This document shows, in pieces, positions 42,827 through 50,500 of a DNA stretch of 64,000 bases. Below the pieces are notes generated by a model, which was not told where the DNA came from, made no database searches, and saw only the letters and a list, made by a program, of their open reading frames with translations. Each line of letters starts with the position of its first letter. Within the stretch, counting starts at the first letter, position 1. Location of the stretch: assembly GCA_023435825.1 (NCBI GenBank), contig JAEZMB010000139.1, positions 4,433-68,432 of the forward strand, in the 5' to 3' direction. Both the position numbers and the translations under genes were made by a program. Origin of the DNA: Pseudomonadota bacterium. Its GTDB lineage: Bacteria > Desulfobacterota > Desulfovibrionia > Desulfovibrionales > Desulfovibrionaceae.

Positions 42827-45427
42827 TCAACCTTTTTCTTTCACAGGCAATTTGATGGTGAAGCACGATCCCTGCCCGGGCGTGCTTTCGGCTGTGACCG
42901 TCCCCCCATGGCGTTCGGCAACTTTGCGTACGATGGCCAAGCCGATGCCCGTGCCTTCGTAAGCGTTCTTCCCATGCAGGCGTTGGAAGGGTTGGAATAT
43001 TTTCTCATTGTACCGGGCATCAAAGCCGATTCCATTGTCCCGGACTGAAATGACGACCATCTGCCGGTCGTTTTCCGTGATGCGCTCGCCGCTGATGCTC
43101 ACTCGCAGCGGCGCTTGACCACGGTACTTGAGGGCGTTGGAAATGAGGTTCTGAAAGAGCTGGCGTATGAGCGCGCTGTCGACGTCAGCTTGGGGTATCG
43201 CCTCGATTTCAATGGCGCCGCCGGCCTGGGCTAGCGCATGGTCGAAATCCTGAGCCGCCTGGCGCGCGAGCTCTCCGAGATCGGCTGCGGCAAAGGCATG
43301 CTCTCCGCTGGACACCTGCGAATAATCGAGCAGGTCGCCGATGAGGGTTTGCATCCGCGCGGCCGCGTTTTCCATGCGGTACAGATAGTCCCTACCCTTT
43401 TCCCCCAGCGCGGCGGCATATTCCAGGCGCAGGCGCTCCCCGAAAACCCGGACCTTGCGTAATGGTTCTTGCAGGTCGTGTGAGGTGATGAAACTAAAAT
43501 TCTCGAGCTCCGCATTCCTGGCCTCGAGCTCAATCGTGCGTTCCCGGACCCGGACCTCAAGCGTGTCGCGTGCCTGTCGGATCAGTTCCTCGGCGCGCTT
43601 GCGTTCGGTGATGTCCTGGGTCACGGTGAGCACATGGGCCTTCCCATCGATCTCCATGGGTTCGATGGAAAGCAAAACATTTTTGGTTTCCCCGGCGCTG
43701 GTTCGAAGGAGCATTTCCCAATCAGCTATCTGTTCCTTGGCCCGAATGCGCTCCCAGATGCGTTCCCGGATGCCTGGATCACCCCAGATGCCGAGTTCCA
43801 GGGTGGTTTTCCCGATGAGTTCGTTCGAGGCGTAGCCCAGGAGTTGGAGATAAGCGTCATTGGCGTAGACAAAGCGAGCGGTGTCGAAGGACAGGATCGC
43901 CATGGGCACGGGACTGGCCTGGAAGACCATGGAGAACTGCCTGTCCCGCGCCTGCAGCTCCTGCTGCGCAAGTTTGCGCTCGGTGATGTCTTCACTGAAA
44001 ACCACGATCCCGCCGACCGCCTGGGTGGTCGTGTACCAAGGCCGCACTTCCCAGCGCAGCCATTGGACAGAGCCGTCGGCGCGCCTGGAGAGATCCTCCT
44101 CGGCCCGCTCCACGGCCCCGGCCAGGCAACGCGCATGGATAACCTTCCAGCGTGGGGTGGTCTCTGGAAAGATGTCGTAATGGCACTGGCCGAGCAACTC
44201 GCGTCCTGTCAGGCCGTAGTCGGTAATCCAGCGCCGGCTTACGGCCACATAGCGGATGTGCCGGTCGAACATGGCGATGGCTGCCGGAGCGTGTTCGATG
44301 AAAAGGCGCAGCAGCTCTTCCCGTTCGCGCAGTTCCTCTTCCAGGCGTTTTTGCTGCGAGATGTCGGTGTTGGTGCCGAACCACTGGAGCACCTTGCCCG
44401 CGGCGTCGCGCAGGGGGTTGACCCGGGTCAGGAAGTGCCGGAAACGGCCATCGGCCCCCCGCAGGGGAAAGACCATGTCAAAGGGCTCGCCGGTGGCGAT
44501 GGAAGTCTCCCATTTCTCCCGCACGGCGGGAAGCACGGCCGGATCGTGCACCTGTTGCCATCCCCACCCCCGCATCTGTTGGGGGGTGGTTCCGGTATAG
44601 GCGTACCAGCGGTCATTGTACCAGAAGATGTGGCCGTCGGCCCGGGCGATCCAGGCCAGTTGCGGGATGGCGTTGGCCAGCATCCGGAATTTTTTCTCGC
44701 TCTCGCCGAGTTCCTTGGTGCGCTGCGTGACTCGCTGCGTCAGCGTCCGGCCCATGGCGCGCAGTTCCTCGTTGGCTTGGCGCTGGGAAAGGGCCAGGGC
44801 GAGGTGACGGGCGATCAGCTCTAGGCCGCGCAACAGTTGCGGCGTAAACATGCCCGGCCGCTTGTCCTCAAGTTGCAGCAAACCGTAGGTCGTGGCGTCG
44901 TAGCGCAGCGGGATAAGCGCCGAGGATTCGTAGCCCGAAGCAAGGCAATTGCCCCGGATTTGGGCGAGCAGTTCCGGACGCTGCCGCACCAATTCGTTGT
45001 TGGCATTGCTCCAAAAACTGCCGTATTCGGTAAAAAAGTGCTCGCTGCGATCGATTCGGCCCTGGAGAACCATGCCGCAGGCGCATTCGAGCAGAGGTTC
45101 GCCGTTATTGTCCACAGCGACCGGACCGTGGCTTCCTTTGGGGCAGAGGCTGTTTTCCAATCGGACGAAGTCCTCGGAGAACCCCCTGGTCTGAAAGTAG
45201 GGGAAATCATGGCCTTCGCGAAGCCGGAGGCCCACCGCGTCGAATCCCGTTTCTTGGGCGATGCGGGTTACGATCCCCCTTAGCAGGTCGGATGTGGCCG
45301 TTTCAGCTTTGATGCAATCAAGAGCTGCGGCGGTCAGGCGATCAAGAGGTTCGCGCTGCGCCAGTTCACGGCGCAGGCGCTCGATTTCTTGGACAAGCGC
45401 CGCACGGTCTGTTTCGTCCGCGTTCAT
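42827..45427 (-). CDS. GAF-PAS-PAS-PAS sensor histidine kinase
   Basis: N-terminal GAF-like region, three PAS/PAC (DIS/DITERK), SHDLQEPLR. Confidence 0.92.
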   Translation of the reverse strand: MNADETDRAALVQEIERLRRELAQREPLDRLTAAALDCIKAETATSDLLRGIVTRIAQETGFDAVGLRLREGHDFPYFQTRGFSEDFVRLENSLCPKGSHGPVAVDNNGEPLLECACGMVLQGRIDRSEHFFTEYGSFWSNANNELVRQRPELLAQIRGNCLASGYESSALIPLRYDATTYGLLQLEDKRPGMFTPQLLRGLELIARHLALALSQRQANEELRAMGRTLTQRVTQRTKELGESEKKFRMLANAIPQLAWIARADGHIFWYNDRWYAYTGTTPQQMRGWGWQQVHDPAVLPAVREKWETSIATGEPFDMVFPLRGADGRFRHFLTRVNPLRDAAGKVLQWFGTNTDISQQKRLEEELREREELLRLFIEHAPAAIAMFDRHIRYVAVSRRWITDYGLTGRELLGQCHYDIFPETTPRWKVIHARCLAGAVERAEEDLSRRADGSVQWLRWEVRPWYTTTQAVGGIVVFSEDITERKLAQQELQARDRQFSMVFQASPVPMAILSFDTARFVYANDAYLQLLGYASNELIGKTTLELGIWGDPGIRERIWERIRAKEQIADWEMLLRTSAGETKNVLLSIEPMEIDGKAHVLTVTQDITERKRAEELIRQARDTLEVRVRERTIELEARNAELENFSFITSHDLQEPLRKVRVFGERLRLEYAAALGEKGRDYLYRMENAAARMQTLIGDLLDYSQVSSGEHAFAAADLGELARQAAQDFDHALAQAGGAIEIEAIPQADVDSALIRQLFQNLISNALKYRGQAPLRVSISGERITENDRQMVVISVRDNGIGFDARYNEKIFQPFQRLHGKNAYEGTGIGLAIVRKVAERHGGTVTAESTPGQGSCFTIKLPVKEKG

Positions 45428-45488
45428 GCTCTCCTACCATGTCTGAGGCTCGGTTCCCGTGGCCCACTGTTTCCATTGTCCTCAGTTG

Positions 45489-45938
45489 TTACCGAGCGGG
45501 CAGCCTGACGATCTGGAACCAGTACTCTCCGAACCTGTTCACCACCTCGCACATGCTCTGGAAGGTCACGGGCTTGGTGATGAAGCAGTTTGCCCCGTCC
45601 TGATAGCTTCGGCTGATGTCGGCATGCGTTTGGGATGTAGTAAGAATGATAACGGGAATATCTTTGAATTTCTGGTCTTTTTTTATTTCCTTGAGGGCCT
45701 CGCGACCGTCCATGCGGGGCATATTCAGGTCAAGAAGAATGATGTCCGGGCGGGGTGAGCGTTCCGGGTCGGCAAAAACGCCTTCACGTCTCAGGTACTC
45801 CATGAGTTCGACGCCGTCTTCCACAACACGTAGGTCGTTGGAAAGCTTCGATCGTTGGAAGGAATCCCTGACAAGAACCACGTCGTCTTCATCATCATCC
45901 GCTAATAAAATAACGGCAGGCTTGATCGCGGTGCTCAT
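45489..45938 (-). CDS. Single-domain response regulator (Rcp1-like)
   Basis: LLADDD..D, LLDLNMPRMDG, ILTTS, KP, YWF tail. Confidence 0.92.
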   Translation of the reverse strand: MSTAIKPAVILLADDDEDDVVLVRDSFQRSKLSNDLRVVEDGVELMEYLRREGVFADPERSPRPDIILLDLNMPRMDGREALKEIKKDQKFKDIPVIILTTSQTHADISRSYQDGANCFITKPVTFQSMCEVVNRFGEYWFQIVRLPAR

Positions 45939-46213
45939 GGTTTCGCGCTCCCTGTTTTTGAAAGCTTACCAGAAATTCCGCCTCATTGCCAATAATCTCA
46001 TATCGATTTGCGCATCCCCCGGGGGGCTAGGTGGTTCCACAATATGTTTCGTCAGGATATACACGGACACAGATTGACGCGTTAACTATTTGTATTTTAT
46101 CATTTATATTGATTTATGTCGTTAAGAGCTGGAGAAAGGGGGGTCAAGAAAAATAGTTAGGTAGTGTAGCGGTCTAGGGTTGTTTGGACAGTTTTCCGCC
46201 GAAGTTCAAGCCG

Positions 46214-46237
46214 CCGCAACCAGGAAGTCCAAGGGCT
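46214..46237 (+). repeat. att direct repeat, right copy
   Basis: Identical to 31992-32015; followed by a related terminator hairpin. Confidence 0.9.
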
Positions 46238-46837
46238 GACGCCAAAAGCGTCGGCCCTTTTTCTTTGCCCAGCGCGATCCCCAGCAGTCGTATGCCAAAC
46301 AGGTCGACCTCGTTATTAAGGATAAGGCTGGCAGAACCCGACAATGGATGCGTCTCCCCCTTGCCCGGGCCAGGGAAACGGTGGGGGCGGCTCGCCCCTG
46401 AAACGCCTTTACCCGCCCAGGCGCGAAATGATTTGCAGGGGACGGGCCAAGCTTCCCTCTCCATAAGACCGCCCCGCTCTCTCGCCAGCACTCCCCCGTC
46501 GGGGTCCACCCGGCCCCTCGACACCAAACCGCCTTCCGCCCGCTCGATCTCGCGGCTCCATTTCGCGGGCAGCGCCCGGCCAGCCCCCCGCACCATGTCC
46601 GCCACGGGAACGCGCCAGCCCCGCCCGCGGCACCTTCTCGGCCGGCCGCCGGACCCAAGAGCGGGACGCTACGGACCTCGGCGGCACGGCCATGGTCTCT
46701 CCTCAGCTATTGAGGCTATCCGGGGCCGTCGTGGCCGCAAGCCGTAGGCCCGGCCGGTGCGGCCGCCCTCCCGCCGGTCGGGGGGGGCATGCCACGGCAG
46801 GATGACAAGTCACTCCCCGCCTGCTACCAGCCCCCTT

Positions 46838-47008
46838 ATGGAATGGATCATCGCTATTGCTCTTGCCGTGGGCGTCCTCGTCCTGATCGGCCTGTTCATC
46901 TGGAAGACCAAGCACCAGCCCGGCAGCGTCCACGGGGACTTCCGCTTTGACAGCCACAAGTCCGGCGAGTTGTCCAAGCGCGGGTTGTTCGACAAGACCA
47001 AATGGTGA
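46838..47008 (+). CDS. Small single-TM protein (56 aa)
   Basis: MEWIIAIALAVGVLVLIGLFIWK...; host-like codon use but weak RBS. Confidence 0.5.
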   Translation: MEWIIAIALAVGVLVLIGLFIWKTKHQPGSVHGDFRFDSHKSGELSKRGLFDKTKW

Positions 47009-47635
47009 AGCCCCAGGCGCGGCCGTTGCCACCGCCCGCGCCTCGACCACCGCAACAGCCTCGACCTGGGGCGGGTCATGCGGGACCAGTGCCTCGGACA
47101 ACTCCAGTTGCGGCTCTCTGCCCCCGCCGGCGCGGCCCTGGGTAAACTGTCCCGACGACAGAGCGAAGGACGGCATGGACGCTTGTCGCTGATGCGGGCG
47201 ATGGGCGTTGCCGCAATCGCCCTTGGCTTCAGTTGGAGCAACCAATTCCGATCAGTCGCCTTTGCCTGTGAACCGAAAGGTCCACAGGCCCTCTCGAACC
47301 CTGGCAAGACGCAGAGACCCGATGTGGCATGTCCGCTCCGCAAAAAACCAGCAACGACTCCAGTGGCCGCTCTGCCAGAGCCCGTAGTGTTCTCGGAAGG
47401 GATGGTCCAAGGCCTTTGCCGGGAGCGCGGTGGCCTTGGGGGGAGGACGCCGGGAAGGACCACCACGATACGTCCGGGCAGGGACGCACGAGGCGGTCCT
47501 TGGCGGTGATGAGGGGCAGGCTTGGGCCAGCCCTCCATCACGAGGCAAAGGGGGAGAACGGGGGACGATGTCCTGCCTAGGGCTGGACGGGGCCGGCGAT
47601 GCCTTGTCCCCACGCCCATTCAAGCGGCTGCAGAC

Positions 47636-47681
47636 AAAAGGCCCGGCGGCAAAGCAGTCGCGCCACTTTGCCGCCGGGCCT
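47636..47681 (-). terminator. Terminator of PEP-CTERM gene
   Basis: aggcccggcggcaaag...ctttgccgccgggcct plus T-run on minus strand. Confidence 0.75.
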
Positions 47682-47728
47682 GATCGTGCCTGGGAGTGTA
47701 AAAATTTCCGAACGCTTGTCGGTGAAGT

Positions 47729-48358
47729 TTACACGCCCGCCCGCTTCAGGCGCTTGCGCATGACCACTCCACCCATCAGACCGAGGCCCATGAGGAGCAT
47801 GGTGGTCGGTTCAGGCGTGGCGTAGGCGTCAACAGTGATATTGTCGATCAAGGGGCCGTAGCTTGAATTGGACGTAGGGCTTTGATTGGAGGCGGCGAAC
47901 CGGATGTTGGTCGAGCTGGATGTGGCTGTGAACGTATAGATATAATGCCCCCAGTCTGCGGAGTTGCCTCTGATAAGGGATTGGCTCCAAGTACCGGCTC
48001 CAACAAACAGACCGTTGTTGCCGGTTGGCGCATCCGGCCTGGCGCTATAGTCAAAGCTTAACGAGTAGGTGCGCCCGGCGACTGTCGCGATGGATTGTTC
48101 GATGCCTTGGGGCGTGTTGGGCGCAAGCTCAAGATATTGCGACTTGTTGGAGCCGTACAACCCTTTTTGTATCTCAAACGTCTTGTCGCCTTCATAAGAG
48201 GTCCACCCGGTCAAAGATTGGAGATTGGTCCATCCTGTCTGCCCGGTTATGCCGACCGAGCCTTCAAAGTCCCCATCCACAATCAGGTTCGCATTCGCCA
48301 TGCTGGTTGTGGCAATGATGAGCAGACAAAGGAGGATGCCGGCATTAACCGATTTCAT
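47729..48358 (-). CDS. PEP-CTERM sorting-domain protein with DUF642/CBM-like domain
   Basis: Signal peptide, NLIVDGDFE, GPLIDNI, TPEPTTMLLMGLGL...RKR. Confidence 0.9.
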   Translation of the reverse strand: MKSVNAGILLCLLIIATTSMANANLIVDGDFEGSVGITGQTGWTNLQSLTGWTSYEGDKTFEIQKGLYGSNKSQYLELAPNTPQGIEQSIATVAGRTYSLSFDYSARPDAPTGNNGLFVGAGTWSQSLIRGNSADWGHYIYTFTATSSSTNIRFAASNQSPTSNSSYGPLIDNITVDAYATPEPTTMLLMGLGLMGGVVMRKRLKRAGV

Positions 48359-48419
48359 ATGGAACCTCGTTTGGGTTGAGAATATTTATGCCAACGTCGA
48401 ACAGCTCGCCTTGTCACAA

Positions 48420-48436
48420 TGCAAACACTGTTCCCA
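48420..48436 (-). promoter_or_regulatory. Candidate sigma54 promoter
   Basis: tgGGaacagtgtttGCa (GG-N10-GC) about 60 nt upstream of the PEP-CTERM start. Confidence 0.55.
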
Positions 48437-48962
48437 TTTTGTCGTGGACTGGATTTCGTCGCGCCGGATGCTGGCCATGTTGCTGTGTTGGGCCTCGGCC
48501 GCAACAGGCTGCCGGGTATCCGGCCGGCACCGTACACCTATGGCCCCAGGGGGGGGATGACGGCTTTATCATCTTGAAACAACAGGAGAAGATGCTAAGC
48601 GGACCGTTTTGGCGGCAAGCCCGTCCCGGCCAGGACTCCAGGCGGGCGGACTTATGGCTCTTGTGCGGCGTTGCCGGGGACGGCCGGCCCGGCGTCACCG
48701 CGCCGGAGGAATCTGAAAAAGCCGCGACGTTAGCGCCGTCTCCCAGGGGGGGAACGATCCGGCATGGCCGTAAGGAGTGGATTGCCAGCCATCGCCCAGG
48801 CCATTGGCCGAGATGCACTGTTGGCCTTGCCCAGGCTGGCGATGGCCTCACCTGGCCGTTGAACAATTCCCTTTCCGCAGCGCGTGCAAGCACGCAATCA
48901 ACACGAAACATCGTTTCGGACACAACGAGAAGCTCCTTATCGGCCCAGGCCAGGCGCAATAC

Positions 48963-48992
48963 AAAAGCCCCCGGCCATTTGGCCGGGGGCTC
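48963..48992 (-). terminator. Intrinsic terminator
   Basis: agcccccggcca-tt-tggccgggggct with T-run on minus strand. Confidence 0.75.
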
Positions 48993-49081
48993 TGACTGCT
49001 GCATAAGCTCTCGCCGTTCGGGGAGGGCTTCCCCTCCTTCCTGTGCTCGCGGGCGACCGCCAGGGCCACCGCCGCCAACAG

Positions 49082-50410
49082 TTACCGATTGCCAAGCATG
49101 GCGCGAATGGACGGCGTCACATCATCAATGGGCGCGGTACGCCGAAAGGCCTTCCCCTTGTCCGAGTCGAGAAAGGCGAGAACGGCCGGATCGGGTTCCG
49201 AGAGAATGAAATCGTCTTTTTGCAAATGCCGCCCGTTGCGAAAGCCCTGCTCCGCCTCGGCGACCAGGATGATCTGGTAGCGGTTGGTCCGGGCATAGCG
49301 CAGACACTGCTCCCGAATGGACACCAGGATGGGCATCACCATGTCCCGCATGCGGTTATCCCGCTCCTGCTCGGACATGCCGCGCATAGCCGCCAAGCGC
49401 GAGGCGTTTTCCACAAACGGTCTGCTGCCAAGGATCAGGCTTTTGACATCGACCTTGCCGATGCGCCCCGCCTGGACCGATTCCTCGCGGCGGGGAGGAG
49501 ATGACTCGGTCGCGGCAGGCGTGGCCGATGCCCCGGCGGCCATCGCCCGACAGGTCGCCAAGGCCTTGGCCGCCGCGTTCTGCACGCATGCCTCGTACCC
49601 GGTGTTTGTCTTGTTCTCCAGAAAATTCAACGTGGTATTAATATTCTTCGTAAACAGGCAGGTGTTGACGAAACTCGCGTAAGCGTAATCCTCCTGTTGC
49701 AGAAAACCGAAAATCTCCCCCAGGACGAACCATGCCGCGCCATAGCCCGGGCTGATCTCCAGGGACTCGATCTCGATGTCCCTGGCCTCGGCATAGCGGC
49801 CGTTGCGAAAAAGGGCATACCCGTAACTGCCGGTAATTTCCGAACTCGAACGGTCATTGGCGTAGGCCTGCTCGTAAGCGGCCACAGCCCCAGCCGGGTC
49901 GTTCATCTTATTGAGCAGTTCATTGCCCTTGCGGCTCAGCGCATTGGCCGCGGCGTGGTTGAAAGACTGGCTGAACGTCTTGCGGGGCAACCGTTCCTTG
50001 AGGGCTTTGGTTCCGGCAAAGTCGCCTCGCAAGGTACTTTCGACGAGGTTCATGATCGGCGAGGAGCTTTTGGGCAGGGAGGCCGGCGCTGGCGCGGCCG
50101 TGGGCGGCGAGGACGCGGCCGGCGGCTCCGTTGGGCTCCGGCTCTGGGCCGGGGCGGACGGAGCCGGAGCGGGAGAGGCCGCCGGCTTTTGTTCCGGCGA
50201 CGGTTTGCCGAAGTTTTCAATGGTGATGCGTGGTTGGTCCGAATCTTTGGGTGTCGCAGGCAAGGACGAGGGCGAGGAAGGCTTGGACACGCCGCTGGAA
50301 TATTCCGCGTCGTCGTTCTGCGGACCGGCGGCGAGCAGCGCGCCGGGACCGGCCAAGAGGAGACCGGCCGCCAGCGGCGCAAGTAAAAACAGCAGAGGGC
50401 GTCTTGTCAT
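49082..50410 (-). CDS. Exported TPR protein with Skp/OmpH-like C-terminus
   Basis: Signal peptide, Pro/Ser/Ala linker, about 3 TPRs, RIGKVDVKSLI...RYQIIL...DVT. Confidence 0.7.
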   Translation of the reverse strand: MTRRPLLFLLAPLAAGLLLAGPGALLAAGPQNDDAEYSSGVSKPSSPSSLPATPKDSDQPRITIENFGKPSPEQKPAASPAPAPSAPAQSRSPTEPPAASSPPTAAPAPASLPKSSSPIMNLVESTLRGDFAGTKALKERLPRKTFSQSFNHAAANALSRKGNELLNKMNDPAGAVAAYEQAYANDRSSSEITGSYGYALFRNGRYAEARDIEIESLEISPGYGAAWFVLGEIFGFLQQEDYAYASFVNTCLFTKNINTTLNFLENKTNTGYEACVQNAAAKALATCRAMAAGASATPAATESSPPRREESVQAGRIGKVDVKSLILGSRPFVENASRLAAMRGMSEQERDNRMRDMVMPILVSIREQCLRYARTNRYQIILVAEAEQGFRNGRHLQKDDFILSEPDPAVLAFLDSDKGKAFRRTAPIDDVTPSIRAMLGNR

Positions 50411-50500
50411 CTGGTCAACCTCGCTGGAACGAATTGTGATCGCGAAACTGGCGCAAGCACGCCCGGGCCCGGACACGCTTGCGCCAGATCCGGCCGCCTA

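Larger units (their letters stand above)
32016..46237. mobile_element. tRNA-anchored genomic island (no integrase visible)
   Basis: Flanking 24-bp direct repeats containing the tRNA 3' end; visibly more A/T-rich sequence; accessory cargo. Confidence 0.8.

Noticed and set aside
47265..47288. c-di-GMP riboswitch from the GAAA-tetraloop hairpin cctgtgaaccgaaaggtccacagg
   Set aside because: Isolated hairpin without the GCAAA and tetraloop-receptor elements
48414..49004. 196-aa ORF between PEP-CTERM and TPR genes
   Set aside because: Overlaps a terminator and a promoter region, has no RBS and no motifs
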